A stretch of DNA of 63,989 bases, filler included, from Octopus bimaculoides (lineage: Eukaryota), in NCBI RefSeq assembly GCF_001194135.2. It is 6 parts of 6 records of this genome, joined end to end, with 100 filler letters (N's around TTAATTAATTAA, not from the genome) between each part and the next. Parts side by side here need not be neighbours in the genome. Positions count along the whole stretch, not along the records: positions 8,548 to 31,592 come from NC_068987.1; positions 31,693 to 43,006 come from NC_068986.1; 4 more parts are not named here. One strand, written 5' to 3'. The position numbers and the translations under genes are program-made. The notes beneath the pieces were generated by a model. It saw only the letters and a program-made list of their open reading frames with translations, did no database searches and was not told the origin of the DNA. How positions within the stretch are numbered: the first letter of the stretch is position 1; each line of letters begins with the position of its first letter. Of this stretch, positions 24,966-37,589 are shown piece after piece.

Positions 24966-27915
24966 TACCTTCACAAATTCTATACTATACCATTTATATC
25001 TAATCCAATGCTTTGACGACGCCATACACTTTCAGCATAAGTAATGATAATAGAAAAAAAACCCATTATATATATATANNNNNNNNNNNNNNNNNNNNNN
25101 NNNNNNNNNNNNNNNNNNNNNNNNNNNNCATATATATGTCGTATTTTTCTTTTGCAATATTCAGCGTTTTTTAAATTTATTTTTTAAAGAAAATACCTTT
25201 TATGGTTTTTCCAAAACCAAAATATATTTAAACCATCAATTTCAATGATTAAGAAAGAGATTATGAAATGTTCTGCTTTCCGAAGATTATCTGAGTTTAA
25301 ATATTAATGCTCATTTGAATTAGATTCAAGTATGCATATGCTCACACTGATACACGTAGCTACATACACAACACACGAAAATATATATGCGTCCGTACAG
25401 GCGAATGTGTGTGTGTGTGTAATATATGTACATATAAACATATACATGCACAAGTATACACATACAGACATGCGCACGTACATACATACGCACATACATA
25501 AAATCATATACATGCAGACCCACACGCCTGTGGCTATCAAATTGCTTTGAGGGCTGGCTGTTTGCAAAAGAATAATACTACTACTACAACAAATAATAAA
25601 TACTGTATGTGTCTAAAAAGTAAGTAATACAAAATAAAACAGAATAATGTAGATTTTTCAATCGTGGCTTCCGGTCTGAACTCTTTTATCAAGAATCATT
25701 TCCAACATCTGTAATTTGGATGGTTTTCATGATTAATGTACAACACAAACCAGTCGCCATATTTATAACGTTCCTTTATGAAATATAGTACTTTCTTAAA
25801 TAAAACAATATTATATATCCAAAGAACTGAGAAAACATATATATATCTTCCTTCCTTCAACACACTGAATTTGTCTTCTGGCTAATTTGACATATTTTGC
25901 TTTTACCTTTTTTTTCTCTCTCTCTCCATTTTCTTTCCTTTTTTTCTGTTTTGCCTCGTATTAGTCTTTTTCCTTTCTATTTTTTGTTTCTAATTACTTT
26001 TTATATTTATATATGAATTTTGTGTTGCTTTTACATGTATTTCGTTATGTACTTTAGCATTTATTACTAATTTTTTTTTACTCTCCAAATACTACTTAGT
26101 TTGTACATGTGTGTATCGTATAAGCATTTGAGTTTTTCTGTGATTATAGAATCCTACAATGGAGCCGAAGGATTACACACACACACACACATACCACACA
26201 CATACACACACCACACTCATACATGTATATATATATGAAAGCTGTTGGTGGATATCCGTTGTTGTTTATACAAAGTCATACACTTACAACACCGCTTTGT
26301 ACTAGCTTCCTCACTACAATAAGAAAAAACACAAAACAAAAAAATAAGAGCATCATATACCATTTGCCTGAGGAGATATATATGAGAAACCTGCAAGAGT
26401 GTATAAAAACATGAACCATGTCGAAGAGATGTTCTTGACATAGTAATAAACAAACGGGATGAGGAACGAGTACTTAAGGCTGAATGTCCCCAGATTATAC
26501 ATATTGGAACCCCCCACAAAACTTTCTTTCCAGTTGATAAACGGCTCCCATCTGCCTCTGAATACAGTGTAGTAAAGTTCTTTATGTCAATACTGAGGAC
26601 TGTGATGCCATTTTTGTGAATTTTCCGTTGTCGTGGAAGATTTTTGGTGCAAATATTTTGGAAAAATGGGATACATAATAATAAGTACCAAATTTACATT
26701 AAACAATTCAAGTAAAAGAAAAACAAATATTTTAAAATCGAAATATAGTATTTTTTTAATGACGGAAACATGAGCAAAGAATCTAATGCATTGCCAGTAA
26801 TCTTCAAAGGTGCTGCTGGTTTCGATTTTCTTTATACTGTACGTCCTTGTATCGGAAGTGTGAACTGTAGTTTGGGAACTATGAACTGTAGTTTGGGAAG
26901 TGTACTGTACAACAGCATTGTTAACGAAACGAAACAAATGTAAAGCGAAATCAAAGAAAATAACACTCGGCACACTAAAGATAACCATTCGTTAAATTCT
27001 ATCTCGAAGCTGAACCTTCCATCTTAAAATGGAAGACTAAAAAAACGTTAAAGGAGAAAGCAGCAGCTATAGCGAAAGTGTTGAAAGAAAGGGAGAGAAA
27101 GTATTATAAAGAAAGGTAACTTAGATAGATATATGTGAGAGGTGGACCAAATGGGAAGGAGAGAGAGGAAGCAGTACTAAGCAATAAATAGCGTAAACAA
27201 GAAAATAGTGTCCTGTAACGGAGAATGGGAAATAGAGAAGTAACGTGATACAATAAAGGCACAATAAAGGGGAAATATGAAGTCAATAATCATAAGGCAG
27301 GAAATAGTTAGAATTATTAATTTCATATATATATATATATATATATNNNNNNNNNNGCATGCATGCATGCATCCATCCATCCATCCATCCATCCATCCAT
27401 CCATCCATACATACATACATACATACATACATACATACATGCATAGGTATGTGTGAGAGCGTTGTTTAATTTTATGTTCATCATTGCAATTGGTATCGTT
27501 TATTACGTATTACAATATCAATTGTGATATGTATTCAGGATTCCAATGCTTCATTATTATCGTGATAGTTTTGTCTAACCGTATTTTCCTATTGTTATCG
27601 ATTGCAGGAGAGAATGATATATTAAATATTGCTTTCTTTATTTTTATAGAACTCTCTTCCTATGAAGCTAGATGTAAAGACTGAATTAGAGGCGAGTATA
27701 AAATCTTTCTAATATTACAGTTCCTTTGTTATTCGTTTTTAGATAACTTTCATTATTCTTATTTAACTTGGCCAACACAGACAGGCAATACTGCATTGAC
27801 GAAAGAGGTTTCATGGTGGACATGACTGAAACGAATAAAAGTAGACACCTTTTATTTTGACCCCATCTCTCGTCACTTTTTCCATTTCCACAAGAAGAGG
27901 AAGATAAAGAGGGTT

Positions 27916-28196
27916 TTATTGCCCTTCAGAAAATCTCTTGAAAGGGAAATGAGAGGATGAACATGACCGAGTGAACGCCTCTAGAACGGGAAATACATCT
28001 TTGATAAGGAACCCACTCTTGGTACTCAGGCTAATCCTGAATCCATGCAAGTGCTCGATTGGTTCCTTCTCTTGAGACAATGCTACATTTTGTGTGATAT
28101 CTATACCGTCACTTTCCATTTCATAACATTCAGTTTCAGGGCAAAACTCAACACATTCTTTGTAAGCTATTTCTGCAATGTCCACCAGGTTTTGTA
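27916..28196 (-). CDS. Candidate terminal coding exon of an unidentified gene (xQNLVDIAEIAYKECVEF...FKRFSEGQ*)
   Basis: 93 open codons in non-repetitive sequence, a pyrimidine-rich AG acceptor (TTTCTTTCTTTATAACTGCCACAAG), and AATAAA about 60 nt after the stop. No recognisable domain and no partner exons identified. Confidence 0.3.
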
Positions 28197-28243
28197 CTTG
28201 TGGCAGTTATAAAGAAAGAAATATTGTTATTATCGACAGAATG

Positions 28244-28960
28244 AAGCGGCGAGCTGGCAGAATGGTTAGCTCGCTGGACAAGTGCTTAGCGGCATTTCGT
28301 CTGTCTTTACATTCTGAGTTTAAATTCCGCTGAGATCGACTTCACCTTTCATCTTTTGAGATCGATGAAATAAGTACCAGTCAGTGTCGGATAAAATGTT
28401 TAGCCTAATTTCTTCAGATTTTCTAAGTTTAGAGTTCTAATTCTTCTGTTGTCAATTATGCCTTTCATCCTTTCAGGTTCGTTGAAATTAGTACCAGTGG
28501 AGCATTAAGGTCCATGTAATCTCTAACTCCTTTGCTCGTAAAATTGCTAGCATTGAACTAAAATTTGAAACCATTATTATTATCATGAAGGCGGTGAACT
28601 GGCAGTATCATTTAAGTATCGGACAAAATTTGCATTATTGCGTTATTTGTTCAAATCCCTTCAGGGCCAACTTTGCCACTCATCTTTCTCTGATCGATAA
28701 AATAAATTACAAGTCAAGTACTTGAGTCGATGGTATCGACTATACCGCTCCCCTCGAAAATGTTGGCCCTCTGCTTACATCAGAAATTATGATTATTGTT
28801 GTTGTTGTTGTTGTTTTTATGTGGAATTATAGAATCCTTAGAGGGATGGAAAAACGCCTTAAGATACTTGCTCCGGTTCTTTACGTTCTGATTTCAAATT
28901 CCGTTGGGTTTAACTTCCTTTCATCCTTTCAGAATTGACGAAGTACTAGTCAAGTACTGT
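28244..28960 (+). mobile_element. Cluster of four degenerate family-A SINEs, same orientation
   Basis: Units at ~28244, ~28390, ~28587 and ~28835 each carry TTC/AAATTCCG-like B-box variants and CCTTTCATC(C/T)TT bodies. Confidence 0.7.
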
Positions 28961-28999
28961 GATCTATTATTTTGCCTGTGAGAACCATTCTTATCTGCA

Positions 29000-29510
29000 A
29001 TTTTTATCTTCATTGGGAGCTTTCACTGCTAAGTGTAGCTCTATGCGCATTGGGTACATGTAGTGGTTTCTTTTCTATGTTTTTGTATACTGGCAATACG
29101 TTACGAGATACGTAAGCACTACCTAGCAGCCCTAATATAACTGTACTAACATTGAATTTCGTGTATAACAATTTTCTGTTTCTTTCTTTTGTTGGTAGAC
29201 AAAGCTTGTTGATATAGTTCGTAATGTGGAGCATTGTGCATTGTGTTCGCATTGTGCATTGTGACTTTCTTAGTTCTTCTAACGTTTGTAACTCTGTCTT
29301 ACTCCATTTTACGAAAATCGTGGAAAAACTTAGTATTGACAATACCCATGTATTCATTGCCTTGATAATATTCCCTCCGTTTAATTTTGTTTCGAGGACC
29401 TTTCGAATTATCCTGATGTACGTTTGGAGATTTTCTCTCTCATTTCTCCATGCATTACGTAATCGAGCAGCTACGTCCCTAGGTACTTCTATCCCTTCTT
29501 ATATGTCAGT
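29000..29510 (-). mobile_element. R4/Dong-like non-LTR retrotransposon fragment (region after RT)
   Basis: YIRIIRKVLETKLNGGNIIKAMNTWVLSILSFSTIFVKWSKTELQTLEE...INKLCLPTKERNRKL resembles the L.SKLN..N.IKAINT.A...W...EL..LD...RLY..RK.GGRGL block. Confidence 0.7.
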
Positions 29511-30220
29511 AATTTCATGATATCATTTTGAACTAATTTTATACAATCTCAATTAATGTTTTGAGATTTTTTTCGTAATTGACTCTGTAGAGTTATTTCT
29601 CCCAAACTGCATACCATTATCCTCACTAAATACATTGAATATCTGCATTAAAAATCCAGATCTTCTTCATTTTTTGCATACATAACAAGTGACTATATAT
29701 ATATATATATATATATNNNNNNNNNNNNNNNNNNNNNNNNNNNNNNNNNNNNNNNNNNNNNNNNNNNNNNNNNNNNNNNNNNNNNNNNNNNNNNNNNNNN
29801 NNNNNNNNNNNNNNNNNNNNNNNNNNNNNNNNNNNNNNNNNNNNNNNNNNNNNNNNNNNNNNNNNNNNNNNNNNNNNNNNNNNNNNNNNNNNNNNNNNNN
29901 NNNNNNNNNNNNNNNNNNNNNNNNNNNNNNNNNNNNNNNNNNNNNNNNNNNNNNNNNNNNNNNNNNNNNNNNNNNNNNNNNNNNNNNTGCTTTGCATTTG
30001 TACAAGTTGGATCCAAGTCTCACCCAGAGACCTCAAGAGACAACAAGTTAGGAGTTCATGTAGGTGTTATGCCTAGGGTACCATATATTTGAATTTGTAC
30101 AGTGTTGTTCTAGAGAATGTTTTAAAATTTGAGATCACATAGACAGTATTTTACGTAGGATATGGGCAGTTCCCATGAGCACTATCTTTTGAACTTCAGC
30201 CATTTTGGGGTTTCCTGGTA

Positions 30221-30278
<58 letters not shown>

Positions 30279-30760
30279 TCATTGAAACTGTTATTCTATA
30301 AAAATATCATTATTATACATTATTACTGTTCAATTGAAAAGTCTCGCAAGGAATGACCTCATTTACAATACCAGTCATATACCACTATTACTTTTGCACT
30401 TTTTCTGCTGCCTGCCAAAATGAATTTTTGTAGCAGTAGTACTATCAGTAGTTGTTGTTGTCGTAATAGTAGTCACTGTAGCAAGAGTGGAAGTGGTGGG
30501 TGTTCTTGGTGATTGGAGGCTATATCGAGAGATCACGTCGTCGCTTAAGTCTGTCCTGAACCTTGCGTCAACTTCCGGTTGTAACAACGGCATTTACGAG
30601 GAGACATTTTCTTGTGGGGAAAAAGCTAAAACATTCAGTCTGCTTTCATGTAAAAATCTTTACTCGTGCCATAAAAATCATACAAAAACCCACCTAATAA
30701 TAATAAGAACAACAACAATAATAACAACCATGATAATAACAACAAAGATGATGATGATAC

Positions 30761-30836
<76 letters not shown>

Positions 30837-31537
30837 CGTTATTGTTTTTCTTGTTGGTTTTGTTGCTGTTATTTATTTATGAACGTCGTTATTATATCAA
30901 TGTTAAAAGAGAGGCTGGTTCAGAAGAAGAAATGTAGCAGGGACAGAGAGAGACATGGTGCCTTGAGGGAAGAAACTGCAGTTCGAACCTTGTATTCCTT
31001 TACTGGAAATAAAATAATAATAGTTTTGGTCCCGGATCTTACCCCATCACGATTATGTGACTTGTCTGAGCGGCTCACGTTCAAAGCTCTCACGCACAGA
31101 CGTCTTACCTGAAGGGCAATAATACATCTCTAGAAAATTCATCCCACATACGCGCACACACACACACACCTACACACACTCTTACATACGTTCACGCACA
31201 CACGCATATTTACATACACCTATGTACGTGCATACATACATATTCACGTTAGTCAATAGCCAATAATTATCATTATCGTTGTTGCTGTAGTTATCATCAA
31301 AATCTTTGTTGTGATGTTCTTGTTGTTGATGCTATTGTTGTTGCTGTTGTTGTTGTCCTTACTGTTATCACTGATGTCATCATCATCATCAACTTATCGT
31401 CATCATGAACATCGTTTTCTTTATCGTAATTACGTGGTTAATGTAATTTCATGTATTCAAGAAGAAAAAAAATATCTTTTTCTTTTATACATAAATGCAC
31501 ACACAATTATATAATATACATACATACATACACACAC

Positions 31538-31592
<55 letters not shown>

Positions 31593-31693
31593 NNNNNNNN
31601 NNNNNNNNNNNNNNNNNNNNNNNNNNNNNNNNNNNNTTAATTAATTAANNNNNNNNNNNNNNNNNNNNNNNNNNNNNNNNNNNNNNNNNNNNA

Positions 31694-32003
31694 GTACTTA
31701 TTCTATCGGTTTCTTTTGCCGAACCGCTAAGTTCCGGGGATGTAAACACACCAGCATCGGTTGTCAAGCGAGGTTGGGGGGACAAACACACACACACAAG
31801 CACACACACACATACATATATACATATACATATATATATACGACGGGCTTCTTTCAGTTTCCGTCTACCAAATCCACTCACAAGGCTTCGGTCGACCCGG
31901 GGCTATAGTAGAAGACACTTGCCCAAGGTACCACACAGTGGGACTGAACCCGGAACCACGTGGTTGGTGGGAAAGCTACTTATCACACAGCCACTCCTGC
32001 GCC
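31694..32003 (-). mobile_element. Family-B SINE
   Basis: Near-exact reverse complement of the 63011 copy: CTTCTTTCAGTTTCCGTCTACC...GGGACTGAACCCGGAACCAC...CCACTCCTGCGCC. Confidence 0.9.
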
Positions 32004-32029
32004 TATACACATACACGTATGTATATATA

Positions 32030-32150
32030 TAAGCGTTGTTGAGACTATGTGGATTCGAAATTGGCTTCACTACTGCATGGGTTTGAGTTGTGTCCTACTG
32101 CGCAACACTGGAGCAAATACCTTCTACTATAGCCCTGCTCCGCTCATGAC
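32030..32150 (+). mobile_element. Degenerate family-B SINE head, opposite orientation to the adjacent copy
   Basis: GAGTTGTGTCCTACTGCGCAACACTGGAGCAAATACCTTCTACTATAGCCC. Confidence 0.6.
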
Positions 32151-33065
32151 TTTTGAATGAATTATTTAGACCAAGTCTCTTTGAAACTCCCCGGTGTGTG
32201 TGTGTGTGTTTTCGTGCGTATCCGTAAGTGGAACCTGAAATTCTAATAGATATTCATACTGTATACAGTAGCAATAGCACTATTTAATACTCACACATCA
32301 TGTTACGAAGTTGCCATTAATGATTTCATTAAAGGAATCATATTTCGTGAACATTAATCAATGACTGAGATATAAATGAAATTTGAGGATGGTGTGCTTA
32401 ATACATAGCTTTTTGTTTGTTGTTTGTGGAAAGCAAGATGTGTAAACAATAACAGTATAAAAATATCTAAGACTGCATTCTCATATTCCTTCTTTCTATT
32501 TTATCTAGTAGTACATAGTATAAAAGAGATACTGCTATTCAATCTAACAGGTTGAGTTCCTTTAATTGACGCTGAGAATCCTATAAGACGAAGCGATAAT
32601 ATTTTGCTTTAATAAATGACGCCATTAATAGAGACTTTTGACACATTTGATTGCCTTTATTTATCATTTATCATATTGATATATTGGTTCCTATCACGTT
32701 TACTGTTATCGAAATATATTGCAAATTATCGTGGATAGGTATGTCGGTCACTTGTACAGAACACGAAACAAATTTATTTCTTACCAAGCAAAATATTATT
32801 TCCGAATTGCTTTAATCATGATTATATTGGTGTACTAAAGTATTAAACGAAGCAAACCTACTAATAAGAAAATGTTCTAGGAATAAGACAGCGCGAAGAC
32901 CCACGTTGATTACCCGATCTATCAGATCCAATGACCAAATCATATCCAAATTCTACTGTCTTCTTAAATAGAGGCATTGAATTACAGGTCATCTTTTACT
33001 TCCCAACAGGTCTTTTATTACTTTATTGTTTCTGGAGAAGGACCTAAGTCCAAAAGGTCAAATGC

Positions 33066-33129
33066 TGTATTATTGCAACTCTTCAAAAGAGGGGAAATGT
33101 CCCCTCTTTTGAAGCGTTGTAATAATACA
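33066..33129. other. 64-nt near-perfect hairpin (29 bp, 4-nt loop)
   Basis: TGTATTATTGCAAC-T-CTTCAAAAGAGGGGA-AATG-TCCCCTCTTTTGAAG-C-GTTGTAATAATACA, with one G-U pair and one U-C mismatch. Confidence 0.8.
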
Positions 33130-34239
33130 TTTGTTAAAATTCGTCCCTCCTCTCTTGTCTTCCTTTTAGTGCATTGATTAACATGCATAACACTATTATA
33201 TATTAGATATTTATTTTCAGATATATGCTCCAGCAAAGTCGCATCTACTGAGAATTAAACATATCTGAATCAGAAGCATTGTTTCCCTGATGTAGCATTC
33301 ACCCGGCTCAAAGGACATACACATGAAATGTAACTCAGGATATACCACTCCAGAAAATATAAAAAAGAAAGTATCAGTGCTTTTATGCATTTGATGATAA
33401 ATTTGTACGATCAGGTTCATCGAGGTACCTGAAGAGCAACAACAAACAACAAAAGTAAGAACATGTATCAAAAATGTAATATACCAGTGAGATTTTGCCT
33501 GGGTCACTCGTCCCGATTAAATTAGAAATCAAATCACTTTCTAAGTTTATCAAGACATGTAACACAACTCGCCTGCTCTATTATTACATCCACATTTATT
33601 ACCGATTCGTTCATCATTGATCCAAGATAGTATAGTACAGAAAATCTGGAACTGTGTTAAACTCATCACGAATGGATTTGTGAGAATACGGATCGGCTAT
33701 TAGTCAAAGATTCTGCTTGCAGTGCATGAGAACCCTCGCAGCGACGATCCACAACACTCAAGACAGCTTGGGTTTCGGAATGGTAGTTATTTTCCCCATG
33801 TTCTATTATTTTTTTTTTTTTTGTCACTGATTCATTTATTATAGCGTTTTATGCTTTTCGGTTTTTCAACCACACACCCGTGATAAATAAGGACAGAGAT
33901 CCACATAAAAAAAAAGACATCAGCGATGATGAAAACAGGCAAACAACAGCAGGTATAAACAGCCAGGGGAGAAAATATACCATTCTGATATTGCCTCGTT
34001 ACTTTCCATACTATTCATCAATGATGTTGGAAACTACAGCACGACCGTGAATTACGCTGAGGAATATACGGCACATATCTTTTAGGATATGAGCAGTGTG
34101 CATACTTTTAAGTCATGACCATGTCTCTTTCACGATATGGAATAAATACATACCTATGAAGATAACCAGCCAAGAATTACATTACTAAGCACATACACAC
34201 GCACATACACACGCACATACACACATATACACACTCACA

Positions 34240-34283
<44 letters not shown>

Positions 34284-35174
34284 NNNNNNNNNNNNNNNNN
34301 NNNNNNNNNNNNNNNNNNNNNNNNNNNNNNNNNNNNNNNNNNNNNNNNNNNNNNNNNNNNNNNNNNNNNNNNNNNNNNNNNNNNNNNNNNNNNNNNNNNN
34401 NNNNNNNNNNNNNNNNNNNNNNNNNNNNNNNNNNNNNNNNNNNNNNNNNNNNNNNNNNNNNNNNNNNNNNNNNNNNNNNNNNNNNNNNNNNNNNNNNNNN
34501 NNNNNNNNNNNNNNNNNNNNNNNNNNNNNNNNNNNNNNNNNNNNNNNNNNNNNNNNNNNNNNNNNNNNNNNNNNNNNNNNNNNNNNNNNNNNNNNNNNNN
34601 NNNNNNNNNNNNNNNNNNNNNNNNNNNNNNNNNNNNNNNNNNNNNNNNNNNNNNNNNNNNNNNNNNNNNNNNNNNNNNNNNNNNNNNNNNNNNNNNNNNN
34701 NNNNNNNNNNNNNNNNNNNNNNNNNNNNNNNNNNNNNNNNNNNNNNNNNNNNNNNNNNNNNNNNNNNNNNNNNNNNNNNNNNNNNNNNNNNNNNNNNNNN
34801 NNNNNNNNNNNNNNNNNNNNNNNNNNNNNNNNNNNNNNNNNNNNNNNNNNNNNNNNNNNNNNNNNNNNNNNNNNNNNNNNNNNNNNNNNNNNNNNNNNNN
34901 NNNNNNNNNNNNNNNNNNNNNNNNNNNNNNNNNNNNNNNNNNNNNNNNNNNNNNNNNNNNNNNNNNNNNNNNNNNNNNNNNNNNNNNNNNNNNNNNNNNN
35001 NNNNNNNNNNNNNNNNNNNNNNNNNNNNNNNNNNNNNNNNNNNNNNNNNNNNNNNNNNNNNNNNNNNNNNNNNNNNNNNNNNNNNNNNNNNNNNNNNNNN
35101 NNNNNNNNNNNNNNNNNNNNNNNNNNNNNNNNNNNNNNNNNNNNNNNNNNNNNNNNNNNNNNNNNNNNNNNNNC

Positions 35175-35219
<45 letters not shown>

Positions 35220-35234
35220 TATGTATGTATGTAT

Positions 35235-35525
35235 GTGGAGGCGCAATGGCCCAGTGGTTAGGGCAGCCGACTCGTGGTCAGAGGATCACGGTTTCGATTC
35301 CCAGTCTCGGCGTTGTGTGTGTTTATTGAGCGAAAACCCCTAAAGCTCTACGAGGTTCCGGCACAGAGTGGTGGCGACCCCTGTTGTACTGTTTCGCTCC
35401 AACTTTCTTCCTGTTTTTTGAGTAACGCTGCGATGGACTATCGCCCCGTCCAGCCGGAGTGAACACATACGCCATAGAAACTGGGAAACCAGACCCATCA
35501 GCCTGGCTAGGCTTTAAAAACGCGC
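35235..35525 (+). mobile_element. Family-C SINE (tRNA-like head) with a Nin/Deu-like 3' module
   Basis: Head GTGGAGGCGCAATGGCCCAGTGGTTAGGG...GGTTTCGATTCCC matches 48921. The 3' part TGCGATGGACT...GTCCAG...ATAGAAACTGGG differs from the 48921 and 50261 copies. Confidence 0.85.
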
Positions 35526-35974
35526 ATAATAAATAATAATGATACATATATATATATAATTATGTGTGTGCCTGCATGATGTATACGAAGAAGAAAAGAA
35601 AAGGTGAGGTCTTGAGGCCGCCTACAATAAATGAAATTACGTGTCTGGCTTAAATTCAATGACCGTGATAACAAGTAATGTATATTGTATATGCATGTAT
35701 ATATGATTTAATAATCACACACATATATACAATATATATCTATATACGTATATATGTACGCACACACACGTACACACACACACACACACACAGATATATA
35801 TTTATATACATGAACACACACACATACACTCTTTCTCTCTCTCACACACACACACAGACACACAGTTCATCAGGAGACTGACCTGAACCCTCTTCTGTTT
35901 ATTGTCTATATAAACAACATTTGAAGCGTCATCAATCACAGCCTAGTGAAAATATTTGCTGATTACTCCAAGCT

Positions 35975-36830
35975 CCATAAATTTATCAACGGTGGAGACC
36001 GAACCGAACTCCAGTCTGGTCTACAAAAACAATAACCTTATTCTTCTTCTTCAGGGGAACCACTCACAGCATCTAATAATATCAGAGACATGGGAGTAAT
36101 TCTTTACAACAATCCTAGCTGTAGTGTCCACATCAATAATAAGGTCGATATAATAAGGTCGACATATAATAAGGTCGATATAGCATGAGCTCTTGGATCC
36201 TAAGAACCTTCCGGTTCAGAGAAGAAAGTGTAATCATTCCTCTTTTCTCCTCCTTTCTACGGTCACACCTCGAATACTGCTGCTCCCTGTGGTCTCCTTA
36301 TATGAGACAAAATCTTTTAAAAATTGGATCACCCCAGAGGTCATTCACAAAAAGAATTAAAGGATAACTGATCTCGATTATTGGGACCGCCTTAAAGCAC
36401 TGAACGTCTGTTCTCTCCAGCGACGCCGCGGGTGATACATCATTTGCACGATGTGGAGAATATACCACCAGTATTGCCCAAACGACCTCAGCATTAGTTT
36501 CAAAATTCATTCACGAGCCATACGTTCCCTGTCCAATTCATGATCACAACACATAAATACACTGCAGCAATGTCTTTTCCTCAAGAGGCCCTGTCCCAAA
36601 ACAGATCAAAGAGAAAAAAAGGATCTCATCACCTTTAAACGGAACCTGGAAAAATTTCTTCAAGGGATAGACCAGATAAGCCATTTATACCTGAATACAA
36701 CTCACTCAACAAGAATTCCTGACTCGAATGAACCACGTTGCAACAAAACTTGGCTTTAAAAAGGTTTAGCAAATCCTACCAAGTGGTGAGATTATGTTAG
36801 ACATAGCCTGGACCAATCTTTGGTTGAAAG
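35975..36830 (+). mobile_element. CR1/L2-clade LINE 3' fragment (RT C-terminus)
   Basis: IRDMGVIL...MSSWILRTFRFREESVIIPLFSSFLRSHLEYCCSLWSPY...QRSFTKRIKG..LDYWDRLKALNVCSLQRRR, containing the LEY..WSP / QR..TK.I / L.SL..RR motifs. Confidence 0.85.
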
Positions 36831-36877
36831 ATATCTAAGTTTTATATATATAGGACACAGTCGTGTGTCGATAAGCC

Positions 36878-36968
36878 AGCTGGAGGAGATGTCCTCCTGG
36901 GGCTAAAAGCAACAGTAACATCCACCCCTAGGGGTCAGCCACACTTAAGTGGCAATATACTACACTTT
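36878..36968 (+). repeat. Isolated copy of the module found downstream of the hammerheads
   Basis: GCTGGAGGAGATGTCCTCCTGGGGCTAAAAGCA...CCTAGGGG...TTAAG...ACTACACTTT aligns with 4985-5075 and 51170-51258. Confidence 0.6.
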
Positions 36969-37012
36969 ATCGTGCAGTTACTGTTAATACTTCATTTAGA
37001 GAATTAACATTG

Positions 37013-37048
<36 letters not shown>

Positions 37049-37157
37049 ACATGTACTGATACATAAATTATATACATAGATACTGATACATAAATTATAT
37101 ACACATGTACTGATACATAAATTATATACATAGATACACACACAAAGATGTTTTGTA

Positions 37158-37512
37158 TAGGAGTGGTTGTATGGTAAGAAGCTTGCTTCCCAATCGCAGG
37201 CATCCAGGTTCGACCACTGTGTGGCACCCTAAGCCGACTAAAAAGTTCTGAGTGAATTTGTTTGAATAAAAGAGGAAAATAACACTTCGTGTGTGTGTGT
37301 GTGTGTGTTTGTCCTTGTTCCTGACCACCGCTTGACAAACACTGATGGTGTGTTCAGGACACCGTAACGTAGTGGTTTGACAAAAAGCACCGATGGAATA
37401 AGCACCAGACTTTAAAAAGACTACTGGAAACTATTCATTCGACTAAAACCTTCTACAAAGCGTTGCCCAAGCATGGCCGCAGTCTAGTGACTGAACACGT
37501 AAAAGATAAATG
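37158..37512 (+). mobile_element. Full-length family-B SINE
   Basis: AGGAGTGGTTGTATGGTAAG...CAGGTTCGACCACTGTGTGGCACC...(GT)n...CGCTTGACAAAC...GCATGGCCGCAGTC. Confidence 0.8.
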
Positions 37513-37589
37513 ATATATGATCGTCCCTACAGACACACGTACACATATGTATATTTTATGTATAAACATACAGCAGAAATGCGTATGCG

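Noticed and set aside
26360-26397. UUGC-CUGAGGA...GAAA-CCU-GCAA hammerhead-like pattern
   Set aside because: Stem II is weak and position 17 would be G or missing, so it is not a valid NUH site.
27800-27845. UUGACGA...UCAUG/CAUGA...GAAACG hammerhead-like relic
   Set aside because: Core mutated and stem I does not pair. Only suggestive of an old PLE terminus.
33217-33507. 96-aa minus-strand ORF behind a good splice acceptor (33429)
   Set aside because: No recognisable protein, and several frames are equally plausible.
35245-35320. tRNA-like sequence (A and B boxes), also at 48930 and 50190-50255
   Set aside because: No acceptor-stem closure, and it continues into SINE bodies with TSDs. These are SINE heads, not tRNA genes.
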